A stretch of DNA of 52,484 nucleotides from Gaiellales bacterium (GTDB lineage Bacteria; Actinomycetota; Thermoleophilia; Gaiellales; JAICJC01). The position numbers and the translations under genes were made by a program. The notes under the pieces were generated by a model. The model made no database searches. It was not told the origin of the DNA and saw nothing but the letters and a program-made list of their open reading frames with translations. The DNA is taken from contig DASXOR010000075.1 of NCBI GenBank assembly GCA_036494095.1, forward strand, positions 1 through 52,484. Direction: 5' to 3'. Of this stretch, positions 17,169 through 25,887 are shown in pieces (position 1 is the stretch's first letter; the number at the start of each line of letters is the position of its first letter).

Positions 17169-19847
17169 TCACCACTCCACGAGGCGCCACACCCCGGGCT
17201 GGGGCTCGTCCTCGTGGCCGCCCACCTCGGCGAAGATCGCCACGGCCCGCTTGAGCTCCTCCATCGCCTCGTCGTCGCGGCCCGCACGGTGCAGGGTGTC
17301 TGCGAGGTTGTTGCGAAGCGCCGCCTCGCGGTGGCGGTCGCCCTGGGCGGCGACGAGCGCGAGGGCATCGCGGACGAGCGCTGCGGCGGGCTCGAGGTCG
17401 CCGGCCGCGAACCGCGCCCGGGCGAGGTTGTTGAGGGCGGCGATGCGGATGCTGGGATCGGCCAGCCGCTCGGAGAGGGCGAGGCTGCGCTCGAGGTGAC
17501 CCGCGCCCTCGCCCAGCAGGCCGAGGATGTTGTGCGCCCGCGCGGCGGCCTCGTCGTCGCCCTCCGCCTCGGCCAGCCGCAGCGCCTCGCGGCAGAGGTC
17601 GAGCGCCCCCGGGTCGCCGCGCCGCCAGGCCACCAGGCCACGGTCGGCCTGCACGCGGGCCGGCGGGGCGCCGAGGGCGAGCGCCTCGTGCAGGTGCCGC
17701 TCGGCCGGCTCCCACTCGCCGCGGCGCTCGTGGACGGTGGCGAGCTTGTGCTCGATCCGGCCGAGCGCGCCGGCCTCGGCGTGCGCGGCCGCGGCGTCGT
17801 AGGCCGCCAGCGCGGCCGCGTACTCGCCGCGCAGCGTGTGGACATCGCCGATCGCCTCGTGCAGCTGAGCCGGATCGGGATGGCGGAGCGCGAGCGCCGA
17901 GCGGTAGTGGGCGAGTGCCTCGGCGCCGGCCGAGAGTGCCCGGGCGCGGTCGCCGGCCGCCGCGTACGCCGCGGCCGCCTCGTCCTCGCGCCCGGCGAGC
18001 TCGAGATGGCGGGCGACCAGGGTCGGGTCGCCGTGCCGGAGCGCGAGCACGTCGGCCACGCGGCCGTTCAGGAGCCGCCGCCGGGCGAGGCCGGCGCGGT
18101 CGTCGACCGTCGCGCGCACGCGCTCGTGGCCGAAGTCGTAGGCGGCGTCGCGCTCGACGATCAGGCCGCGCGCGCACAGCTCCTCGAGCGCGCCGGCCAC
18201 CTCGTCGCCGGACCGGCCGCTGGCGGCCCGCACGGTGTCGACGTCGAACGTGCGCCCGATCACGGCGGCCGCCGAGAGCACCTGGGCGGCGGTCTCGGAC
18301 ACCGCGTCGAGCCGGCTCTCGACCGCCTCGCGCACGCCCGCCGGCGTCGTGTCGGCGGGCCGCCCGGCCGCGAGCAGCTCGGCCAGGAACAGCGGCAGCC
18401 CCTCGCTCTCCGCGTACAGCGCGTCGGCATCGCCGGGGCCGAGCCCCTGCGCGCTCGCGAGCTCGGCCACATCGGCGCGGGTCAGCCGCTCGAGCGTGAT
18501 CCGGTCGCCCATCTGGGCGAGCCGCGCGCACACGTGGCCGGGATCGGGCTCGTCGGTGCGGCGCGTGAGCAGCAGGAGCAGGCGCCGGCCCGCGAGCCGC
18601 CGGGCCAGATAGCCGAGCGCATCGAGCGAGGCCGGGTCGCACCAGTGCAGGTCGTCGACAAGGACGATGCCCGCCGCGCGGCCGTCGCCGGCGAGCGCGA
18701 TCAGCTGGCACACCGCCTCGAGGAACCGCAGCCGCGCGCCCGGATCCTCGAGGCTCGTGGGGGGTGGCGGGCCCAGCTCGGGCAGGAGCCGCGCGGCCTC
18801 GCCGACGCTGTGCTGCGGCAGCTCTGCGCCGATCGCCTCGACGGCGGCCCGCAGAAGCTGCGCCACCACCCCGTAGGCCAGGCCGCGCTCGCCTGCCGAC
18901 GGGCGGGCGGCGATCGCCGTCGCGCCGCGGTCGTGCAGGGCGGCGACCAGATCCTCGGCCAGCCGGGTCTTGCCGACGCCCGACTCGCCCTCGATCACCG
19001 CCATGCGGCCGTCGGCGGCGACCGCGCCGTGCAGGTCGGATAGCGATTGCCACGGGCCGGCGCGGCCGACCAGCGGCTGGGCGGGCGCCACGACCGCAGG
19101 CGCCACCTCGGCGACGGCCGGGCTGCGGCCCTCGTTCACGGCGTGGTAGAGCTCGGTCGTCTCGGTGAGCGGCCGCACGCCCAGCTCGCGGTCGAGCACG
19201 CGCACGCACTCGCGGTACTGGCGCATGGCGTCGCCGCGGCGGCCGCTCGTTGCGTAGCAGGAGATCAGGCGGCGGTGGGCCGGCTCGTGCAGGGGGTCGA
19301 GCGCCAACCGCTGCTCGGCCCGGGCGACGGCCTCGTCGCCGCGGCCGGCGGCTGCGAGCGCATCGACGAGCCGGTCGAGCGCCGCCGCCCGCTCGCGGCG
19401 GATGCCCTCGGTGGCCAGCTGCACCCAGTCGTCGAAGGCGGCGCTCGAGCGGACCCCGAAACCGGCGAGCAGGTCGCCGCGGTGCAGGTCGGCGGCGGCC
19501 GTGAGTGCGTCGGCGTCCGCAGCCGGGTCGGCGGCGACGCGGCGGAACTCGGCCAGGTCGAACCAGGCGCCCGCGAGCGTGAGCGCGATCGAGGTGCGGT
19601 CGACGTCGACGAACCGGCCGCCGAGGGCGGTGCGCAGGGTCGAGAGCGTCCGTCGCAGGGCCGCCCGGGACCGGTCGATGTCGAACTCCGGCCAGAGCAG
19701 GGCCGCCACCGTCTCGCGGCTCTGCCGATGTCCGGTGACCGCCAGGTGGGCGAGCATCGCCGTGGCCTTGCGCGTGTCGACCTCGAGCGGCCGGCCGTCG
19801 ATTTCGACGATCGGCGTGCCGAGAAGTGAGATCCTCAGCGCATGCAC
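17169..19847 (-). CDS. SARP/AfsR-family transcriptional regulator (wHTH-BTAD, P-loop ATPase, TPR repeats)
   Basis: 892 aa with a GTG start. N-terminal SARP DNA-binding and BTAD region (LDPLHEPAHRRLISCYATSGRRGDAMRQYRECVRVLDRELGVRP). Walker A GESGVGKT. C-terminal Ala/Leu-rich TPR-like repeats. Confidence 0.9.
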   Translation of the reverse strand: MHALRISLLGTPIVEIDGRPLEVDTRKATAMLAHLAVTGHRQSRETVAALLWPEFDIDRSRAALRRTLSTLRTALGGRFVDVDRTSIALTLAGAWFDLAEFRRVAADPAADADALTAAADLHRGDLLAGFGVRSSAAFDDWVQLATEGIRRERAAALDRLVDALAAAGRGDEAVARAEQRLALDPLHEPAHRRLISCYATSGRRGDAMRQYRECVRVLDRELGVRPLTETTELYHAVNEGRSPAVAEVAPAVVAPAQPLVGRAGPWQSLSDLHGAVAADGRMAVIEGESGVGKTRLAEDLVAALHDRGATAIAARPSAGERGLAYGVVAQLLRAAVEAIGAELPQHSVGEAARLLPELGPPPPTSLEDPGARLRFLEAVCQLIALAGDGRAAGIVLVDDLHWCDPASLDALGYLARRLAGRRLLLLLTRRTDEPDPGHVCARLAQMGDRITLERLTRADVAELASAQGLGPGDADALYAESEGLPLFLAELLAAGRPADTTPAGVREAVESRLDAVSETAAQVLSAAAVIGRTFDVDTVRAASGRSGDEVAGALEELCARGLIVERDAAYDFGHERVRATVDDRAGLARRRLLNGRVADVLALRHGDPTLVARHLELAGREDEAAAAYAAAGDRARALSAGAEALAHYRSALALRHPDPAQLHEAIGDVHTLRGEYAAALAAYDAAAAHAEAGALGRIEHKLATVHERRGEWEPAERHLHEALALGAPPARVQADRGLVAWRRGDPGALDLCREALRLAEAEGDDEAAARAHNILGLLGEGAGHLERSLALSERLADPSIRIAALNNLARARFAAGDLEPAAALVRDALALVAAQGDRHREAALRNNLADTLHRAGRDDEAMEELKRAVAIFAEVGGHEDEPQPGVWRLVEW

Positions 19848-19890
19848 GTGTCAAGCATGACACGACGTCGCAACGGAAGTCCAGCTCATC

Positions 19891-19919
19891 CACCGTCCCG
19901 TAACGTTTCCGGGACGGTG
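19891..19919 (+). promoter_or_regulatory. Perfect 10-bp stem-loop in the SARP/sensor-operon divergent region
   Basis: CACCGTCCCG-taacgtttc-CGGGACGGTG; the loop contains AACGTT. Lies about 45 nt upstream of the first sensor gene. Could be an operator or a leader RNA structure. Confidence 0.45.
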
Positions 19920-19965
19920 ACGCCGTGACAATCGCGGCATGCCTGCCACCGGGGAGAGCACGGCG

Positions 19966-21222
19966 ATGATGCGGCACGAGCGCGCGCAGACCTGGTTTGC
20001 CGGGACGATCTTCGGGGTCACACTGGCCCTCTTCGGCGCCGAGGCGGTGCTCGGCTGGCTGGCGCGCAATCTCGCGGGCGGCGCCAGCTGGTCCGGTGCC
20101 GGTCCAGCCACCGGCATCGCGCTCGCCGTGGTGCTGCTCTCGCCTCCCGCCGTCGGGCTCCTCATCGTGTCGCGGCGCGAGGGCAACCCGATCGGCTGGC
20201 TGCTGCTCGCGATCGGCCTGGCGTGGGCGCTTGCCGACTCAAGCGCCTACGCGGACTACGGCCTGCGGCTGCACCCCGGCTCACTGCCCCTCGCCGCTGT
20301 GCCCGGGGCGGTCGGCAACGCGTTCTGGGTGCCCGCCATCGGCCTCACCGGCACGCTCCTGATCCTGCTTTTCCCCGACGGGCAGCTCCCCGGTCCGGGG
20401 TGGCGCTGGGTGGCCCGCGCGAGTGTGCTCGTGATGGCCGTCGGGACGATCGCCCTGCTCCTCATGCCCGGAAAGATGACCGACGCCGGCTATCCCGGCA
20501 CGGTCAATCCGCTCGGCGTGGACGGGCTCGCGGGGGTGCTCGGCGCGGCGGGATTCGTGGTCGTGCTCCTTCCGGCGCTCATGGTCGCGTCCGCGGCCGG
20601 GATGGTCGTCCGGTACCGCCGCTCCCGGGGCGTGGAACGCGTGCAGATGCGCTGGCTGACGGCCTCGGGGGCGCTGGTCGCCCTGATCTACGGGCTGGCC
20701 TTCCTGCTCTCGGTGGCGCTCACCCCGGGCACCGAGTCGACGCGGCCGCCCTGGCTCCAGGTGCTGCAAACGCTGGCGCTCTTCAGCACCGCGCTGATCC
20801 CGATCGCGATCGGGTTCGCGGTGCTGCGCTACCGGCTGTACGACATCGACGTGATCATCCGCCGCACCCTCGTCTACGGCGTGCTCGTCGCCTGCATGGC
20901 GGCGATCTACCTCGGCGGCGTGTACACGATCGAGGGCGTCGTGCGCGGCGTGACCGGCGGCTCGAGCACGCTCGCAGTGACGGTCTCGACACTCGCCGTG
21001 GCGCTGGTCTTCCAGCCGCTGCGCCGCCGGATCCAGGCGGCCGTCGACAGGCGCTTCTACCGGTCGGCCTACGACGCCGCGCAGACGCTCGATGCCTTCA
21101 GCGCCCTGCTGCGCCGCGAGATCGACCTCGACGCGCTCACAGACGACGTCCTTGCGGTCGTCGGGCGCACGCTCCATCCGGCTCATGTCACGATCTGGCT
21201 GCGCCCGGGGGCCGACACATGA
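19966..21222 (+). CDS. Polytopic membrane sensor module without output domain, paralog 1
   Basis: ATG 19966 preceded by a GGGGAGAG SD (the track start 19939 is possible). Many hydrophobic segments. Motifs N-P-IGWL, LLFPDGQLPGPGWRW, NPLGV, LRYRLYDIDVIIRRTLVY and FQPLRRRIQAAVDRRFYRSAYDA. No kinase or other output domain. Confidence 0.85.
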   Translation: MMRHERAQTWFAGTIFGVTLALFGAEAVLGWLARNLAGGASWSGAGPATGIALAVVLLSPPAVGLLIVSRREGNPIGWLLLAIGLAWALADSSAYADYGLRLHPGSLPLAAVPGAVGNAFWVPAIGLTGTLLILLFPDGQLPGPGWRWVARASVLVMAVGTIALLLMPGKMTDAGYPGTVNPLGVDGLAGVLGAAGFVVVLLPALMVASAAGMVVRYRRSRGVERVQMRWLTASGALVALIYGLAFLLSVALTPGTESTRPPWLQVLQTLALFSTALIPIAIGFAVLRYRLYDIDVIIRRTLVYGVLVACMAAIYLGGVYTIEGVVRGVTGGSSTLAVTVSTLAVALVFQPLRRRIQAAVDRRFYRSAYDAAQTLDAFSALLRREIDLDALTDDVLAVVGRTLHPAHVTIWLRPGADT

Positions 21223-22391
21223 CCCGCGGGAAGGAGACGCAGTGCGCGGTCGCCTCGCTCGTGACGACGATCGCCCTGTTCGTGATCTCCGGCCTGATCG
21301 CCGCCACCCACCTCCGCTTCGATGCCCGGGCCACCCTTGACGCCGCCTCCTACGGGGCGCTGATGCTCGGCGTCTCGGTGATCGGGATCCTGATCGTCAG
21401 GCGCGAGCCCCGAAACGCGATCGGCTGGCTCTTCTGCGCCACACCCCTGCTCGTCGCCGTCTCGGTCGGCGGTGGCGCGATCGCCGTCTGGATGGGGCCG
21501 GAGCACGCGGACATCCCCGGAGCCGTGGTCCCGGGCTGGTTCAGCCTGTGGGCGTGGCCGATCGGCCTGGTCGGGTTCCTCGTGCTGCTGCCGCTGCTCT
21601 TCCCCGACGGCCGGCCGCCGGCCGGGCGGTGGCGGTGGCTGCTGCGGATCGACCTCGTGGGCCTCGCGCTGATCGCGGCGGCCCTCATGGCCCAGCCCGG
21701 GGAGATGTTCAACGGCGTCACGAACCCGCTTGGCGTCGGCTGGGCGGACAGCACGCCGGTCGTGGTCTTCCTGGGCGTGCTCGTCCTGATTCTGATCCCG
21801 GCGAGCCTCGTCTCGGCGGTCTTCCGCTATCGCCGCGCCGGCGCCACCGAGCGCGTGCAGCTGCGCGAGGTCGTCTTCGCCGCCGCCGCGACCTTCGCCG
21901 GGTTCATCGTGATCTCGGTGCTCGGCGGCAACTCGACGCTCTTCACCGTCGATTACGCGCTCGTCCCTGCCGCTGTGGGCCTCGCGATGCTGCGCTACCG
22001 GCTCTACGACGTCGACGTTGTCATCCGGCGCACGCTCGTCTATGCCGTGCTGGTGGCGTGCCTGGCGGGAATCTACCTCGCCGGCGTCTTCACCCTCGAG
22101 AGCGTCATCAGGCGCCTTTCGGGCAGCTCCAGCACGCTGGCCGTCACCATTTCGACCCTCGCCGTCGCGCTCGCCTTCCAGCCGCTGCGCCGTGGTATCC
22201 AGGCGGCCGTAGACCGCCGCTTCTACCGCGCCCGCTACGACGCCGCCCAGACCCTCGCCCTCTTCAGCGCGCACCTGCGCCGCGAGGTCGACCTCGAGGC
22301 CCTCACCGATGACGTGCTCGACGTGGTCCGGCAGACGCTGCACCCGACCCACTCGGCGCTGTGGCTGCGGACGGGGAGCGGAGAGCGATGA
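21219..22391 (+). CDS. Polytopic membrane sensor module without output domain, paralog 2
   Basis: ATG overlaps the upstream stop (ATGA 21219-21222). Same motif set (NAIGWL, LLFPDGRPPAGRWRW, NPLGV, LRYRLYDVDVVIRRTLVY, FQPLRRGIQAAVDRRFYRARYDA). 390 aa. Confidence 0.88.
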   Translation: MTRGKETQCAVASLVTTIALFVISGLIAATHLRFDARATLDAASYGALMLGVSVIGILIVRREPRNAIGWLFCATPLLVAVSVGGGAIAVWMGPEHADIPGAVVPGWFSLWAWPIGLVGFLVLLPLLFPDGRPPAGRWRWLLRIDLVGLALIAAALMAQPGEMFNGVTNPLGVGWADSTPVVVFLGVLVLILIPASLVSAVFRYRRAGATERVQLREVVFAAAATFAGFIVISVLGGNSTLFTVDYALVPAAVGLAMLRYRLYDVDVVIRRTLVYAVLVACLAGIYLAGVFTLESVIRRLSGSSSTLAVTISTLAVALAFQPLRRGIQAAVDRRFYRARYDAAQTLALFSAHLRREVDLEALTDDVLDVVRQTLHPTHSALWLRTGSGER

Positions 22392-23569
22392 GCGTGAGGC
22401 GGGCACCCCGGCGGTCTGTCGCTGCGCTCGCGGCCACCACGGCGCTCTTCGCGATCGCGGCGGTCGTCTATGCCACCGGCCCCGGATTCACCCCCACGGA
22501 CGTTCTCGACGCCTGCCTGTTCGGCGTGCTGATGCTCGGCATGTCGGCGATCGGGATCCTGATCGCGCGCCGCCAGCCGCGCAACCCGGTCGGGTGGTTG
22601 TTCTCGATCGCGCCGCTGTGTGTGGCCGTCGCGGTGGCCGGCGGCACGATCGACGTCTGGGCCGGGCCGAAGCACCACGATCTCCCCGGCGCCGGCGTCG
22701 CCGGCTGGGTGAGCCAATGGACGTGGCCGATCGGGATGCTCGCGTTCGCCATCTTCCTGCCGCTGCTCTTCCCCGACGGCCGCCCGCCCGCTGGGCGATG
22801 GCGGCTGCTCGTGCGATTCGACCTGGCGGCCCTCGCGTCGCTCGGTCTCGTCCTGATGACGGAGCCCGGCAACGGAAACGCGTTGGGAGTGGATGGCGCC
22901 CTCCGCACGCCTGTGGTGGCCCTCGTGGTCGTCATGATCGTCGCCGCGATGGTGGTGGGCCTCGTCTCGGCGGTCGTGCGCTACCGGCGCAGCGGCCCGA
23001 CGGAGCGCCTCCAGCTGCGCGAGTGCCTCTTCGCCGTGTGCCTCACCTTCGTCGGCTTCATCGTCATCTCCATGCTCTCCCCGCACGAGGCGCTCTACAC
23101 GCTCGACTACGCGCTCATCCCGGTGGCTGTCGGCCTGGCGATGGTCCGCTACCGGCTCTACGACGTCGACGTCGTCATTCGGCGCACGCTCGTCTACGGC
23201 GCGCTGGTCGGCATGCTCGCCGGCCTCTACCTGGCCGGAGTGGCCGGGCTCGGAGCCGGGCTGCGGGCCGCGACGGGGCTCTCGAGCTCGCTCGCGGTCA
23301 CGCTCTCGACGCTCGCCGTCATCGGCGCGTTCCAGCCGCTACGGCGGCGCACGCAGCGGGCGGTCGACCGCCGCTTCTACCGCGCCGCCTACGACGCACG
23401 CGCGACCGTCGAGGCGTTCAGCGGCGAGCTCCGTGAGCAGATCGACCTCGATGTCCTCGCCGACCGCCTGCTCGTCACCGTCCGTGAGACGGTGCGTCCG
23501 CGCACGGCGAGCGTCTGGCTCGCGCCCGTAACGATCCCGGAACGCGCGTCCGGTAAAACGGAGGCATGA
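22388..23569 (+). CDS. Polytopic membrane sensor module without output domain, paralog 3
   Basis: ATG overlaps the upstream stop (ATGA 22388-22391). Same motif set (NPVGWL, LLFPDGRPPAGRWRL, VRYRLYDVDVVIRRTLVY, FQPLRRRTQRAVDRRFYRAAYDA). 393 aa. Its stop overlaps the phosphatase start. Confidence 0.88.
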   Translation: MSVRRAPRRSVAALAATTALFAIAAVVYATGPGFTPTDVLDACLFGVLMLGMSAIGILIARRQPRNPVGWLFSIAPLCVAVAVAGGTIDVWAGPKHHDLPGAGVAGWVSQWTWPIGMLAFAIFLPLLFPDGRPPAGRWRLLVRFDLAALASLGLVLMTEPGNGNALGVDGALRTPVVALVVVMIVAAMVVGLVSAVVRYRRSGPTERLQLRECLFAVCLTFVGFIVISMLSPHEALYTLDYALIPVAVGLAMVRYRLYDVDVVIRRTLVYGALVGMLAGLYLAGVAGLGAGLRAATGLSSSLAVTLSTLAVIGAFQPLRRRTQRAVDRRFYRAAYDARATVEAFSGELREQIDLDVLADRLLVTVRETVRPRTASVWLAPVTIPERASGKTEA

Positions 23570-25179
23570 CGATGATCCACCACACGATCCGCCGGGTGAT
23601 GCTGCGCAGGCCGCAGGCGACCGAGACGCCGGCGGCCATCGAGACGCTGGCGGCGCTGCCGGCCGAGGCCGCCACGGAACCCGGCCTGCAGATCGCGCCG
23701 ACCGACCCGATCGTGCCCTACTTCCAGAGCGCGCCCGGCGCCGTCGAGCTGCGCCAGCTCGAACTCGACTCGCCCGCGCTCGAGCAGATGCGCGCCCAGG
23801 GCATCACGATGGTCGTTCCGCTCGTCACGCAGGGAGAGCTGATCGGCCTGCTCAACCTGGGGCCGCGCCTCTCCGACCAGGAGTACTCGCCCGACGACCG
23901 GCGCCTGCTCGAGAGCCTGGCCGCCCAGGTCGCCCCGGCGGTCAAGGTTGGCCAGCTCGTCCGCGAGCAGGAGGTCGAGGTGCGAGCGCGCGAGCGGCTC
24001 GAGCAGGAGCTCGAGGTCGCCCGCCTGATCCAGCAGAACTTCCTGCCCAAGCAGCTGCCCGAGCTGCCGGGGTGGCGCGTCGCGGCCTACTACCGGCCGG
24101 CGCGCACCGTGGGCGGCGACTTCTACGACTTCATCGAGCTCCCCGGCGGCCTGATCGGCCTCGTCGTGGGCGACGTGACCGACAAGGGCGTCCCCGCGGC
24201 GATGGTGATGGCGGCCACCCGAAGCGTGCTGCGGGCCGCCGCCCAGCGTCTGCTCGAGCCTGGCACCGTGCTGCAGCGGATCAACGAGACGCTGTGCTCG
24301 GAGATCCCGCCCAATATGTTCGTCACCTGCCTCTACGGCGTGCTCGACCCTGCCACCGGCCTGCTCCGCTACGCGAACGCCGGCCACAACCTGCCGATCG
24401 TACAGAGCGGCGGCGACGTGTCCGAGCTCCGCGCGACCGGCATGCCGCTCGGCCTGATGCCGGGCATGAGCTACGAGGAGAAGGAGGCGACGCTCGCCCC
24501 AGGGTCGAGCGTGCTGCTCTACAGCGACGGACTGACCGAGGCGCACGACCCCGACCGGGAGATGTTCGGCACCGGTCGCGTGCGCGAGCGCCTGGCGGCC
24601 GGGCGCGTCGCCGACGAGCTGATCTCCGATCTGCTCGCGCAGCTCGACCGCTTCACCGGGTCGGACTCCGAGCAGGAGGACGACATCACGCTCGTCGCCC
24701 TGCACCGCTCGGGCGGCGACTCCGAGATGGTGCCCGTGCTCGAGTTCTCGCTGGCGAGCGCCGAGGGCAACGAGCGCGAGGCGATGCTCCGTGTGGGCGA
24801 GGTGGCGGCTGCGAGCGGCATGGCGCCGGCCCGGCTCGAGCGCCTGAAGACCGCGGTGGCAGAGGCCACGATGAACGCGATGGAGCACGGCAACGGCTTC
24901 GACGCCGACCTTGCGGTCGACATCGCCGTGGCCCGGTCGGACGCGTCGCTGCGGGTGCGGATCACCGATCACGGCGGCGGCCGCGAGATCCCGTCCGCCG
25001 AGACGCCCGACCTGGAGGCGAAGCTCGAGGGTACCCAGTCGCCGCGCGGCTGGGGCCTGTTCCTGATCTCCAACATGGTCGACGAGGTGCATACCGAAAG
25101 TGACGGGCACCGGCACACGCTCGAGCTCGTGACGCACCTGAAGGGAGACGGTGAGACGGATGAGCCAGACCCCGCTTGA
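23566..25179 (+). CDS. SpoIIE/PP2C-type phosphatase fused to an RsbW/SpoIIAB-type anti-sigma kinase (HATPase_c) domain, with an N-terminal GAF-like fragment
   Basis: ATGA overlap with the upstream gene. PP2C motifs GGDFYDF, VGDVTDKGVPAAMVMA, YSDGLTEA and DDITLVA. C-terminal kinase N-box EATMNAMEHGN and G-boxes DHGGG and RGWGLFLI. N-terminal VVPLVTQGELIGLLNLGPRLSDQEYSPDDRRLLESLA resembles the C-terminal half of a GAF-like module. Confidence 0.88.
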   Translation: MTMIHHTIRRVMLRRPQATETPAAIETLAALPAEAATEPGLQIAPTDPIVPYFQSAPGAVELRQLELDSPALEQMRAQGITMVVPLVTQGELIGLLNLGPRLSDQEYSPDDRRLLESLAAQVAPAVKVGQLVREQEVEVRARERLEQELEVARLIQQNFLPKQLPELPGWRVAAYYRPARTVGGDFYDFIELPGGLIGLVVGDVTDKGVPAAMVMAATRSVLRAAAQRLLEPGTVLQRINETLCSEIPPNMFVTCLYGVLDPATGLLRYANAGHNLPIVQSGGDVSELRATGMPLGLMPGMSYEEKEATLAPGSSVLLYSDGLTEAHDPDREMFGTGRVRERLAAGRVADELISDLLAQLDRFTGSDSEQEDDITLVALHRSGGDSEMVPVLEFSLASAEGNEREAMLRVGEVAAASGMAPARLERLKTAVAEATMNAMEHGNGFDADLAVDIAVARSDASLRVRITDHGGGREIPSAETPDLEAKLEGTQSPRGWGLFLISNMVDEVHTESDGHRHTLELVTHLKGDGETDEPDPA

Positions 25180-25516
25180 GGCAACCCCCCGGCACACCGA
25201 TGCCGGCACGACCATCGCCCTTTCCGGCGACATCGACGGCGGCGCCCGCGACACGCTCGACGCGGCCTATGCCGCGGTCGCCGGCGACGACCCGGTGCTG
25301 CTCGACTTCACCAATGTCGGCTACATCAACTCGACCGGGATCGCCCTGATCGTGGGCGTGCTGGCCCGGGCCCGCGCCCAGGCTCGGCCTGTGAGCGCCT
25401 GCGGCCTCTCGGAGCACTACCGCGAGATCTTCGAGATCACGCGCCTGTCGGACTTCATGACCATCCTCGCGGACGGGCCGCTGCCCGCCGCCGACCGAAA
25501 CGGAGGCGCACGATGA
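25160..25516 (+). CDS. STAS-domain protein (anti-sigma-factor antagonist, RsbV/SpoIIAA-like) 1
   Basis: ATG 25160 with an AAGGGAGA SD; overlaps the upstream gene by 20 nt. LDFTNVGYINSTGIALIVG carries the conserved phosphorylatable Ser/Thr context. Confidence 0.85.
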   Translation: MSQTPLEATPRHTDAGTTIALSGDIDGGARDTLDAAYAAVAGDDPVLLDFTNVGYINSTGIALIVGVLARARAQARPVSACGLSEHYREIFEITRLSDFMTILADGPLPAADRNGGAR

Positions 25517-25869
25517 CGGACACGACCATCCGGCGGCTGGAGGTGCGGACGCCCACGCCGGGCTGCAGCGTGATCGAGCTCGCCGGGGAGGTGACCGGCG
25601 CAAGCGAAGCGGCCCTCTCGGATGCGTTCGACCGCGCCGCGACGCCGGGCACGAGGGCCGTGGTGCTCGACTTCGGCGGCCTGCAGTACATGAATTCGAG
25701 CGGCATCGGCCTGCTGGTGACGCTGCTCGTGCGGGCCAACCGCAACCGCCAGCGCATGCTCGCCTACGGCCTCTCCGACCACTACCGCCAGATCTTCGAG
25801 CTGACTCGCCTCGACGAGGCGATCGCGATCCACGAGACCGAGGACGCGGCACTCGCCGCGGCCGCCTGA
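25513..25869 (+). CDS. STAS-domain protein (anti-sigma-factor antagonist, RsbV/SpoIIAA-like) 2
   Basis: ATGA overlap (25513-25516). LDFGGLQYMNSSGIGLLVTLL carries the conserved Ser context. Paralog of the preceding gene (shared GLSEHYREIFEITRL / GLSDHYRQIFELTRL). Confidence 0.88.
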   Translation: MTDTTIRRLEVRTPTPGCSVIELAGEVTGASEAALSDAFDRAATPGTRAVVLDFGGLQYMNSSGIGLLVTLLVRANRNRQRMLAYGLSDHYRQIFELTRLDEAIAIHETEDAALAAAA

Positions 25870-25887
25870 CCTCAGAAGGGACGCAAC

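Noticed and set aside
17131-19977. A 948-aa minus-strand ORF overlapping the SARP gene in another frame, plus the 646-aa plus-strand ORF at 17103-19043.
   Set aside because: They show the same low-complexity Arg/Pro/Gly composition. The 17169-19847 frame has the BTAD, Walker A and TPR features.
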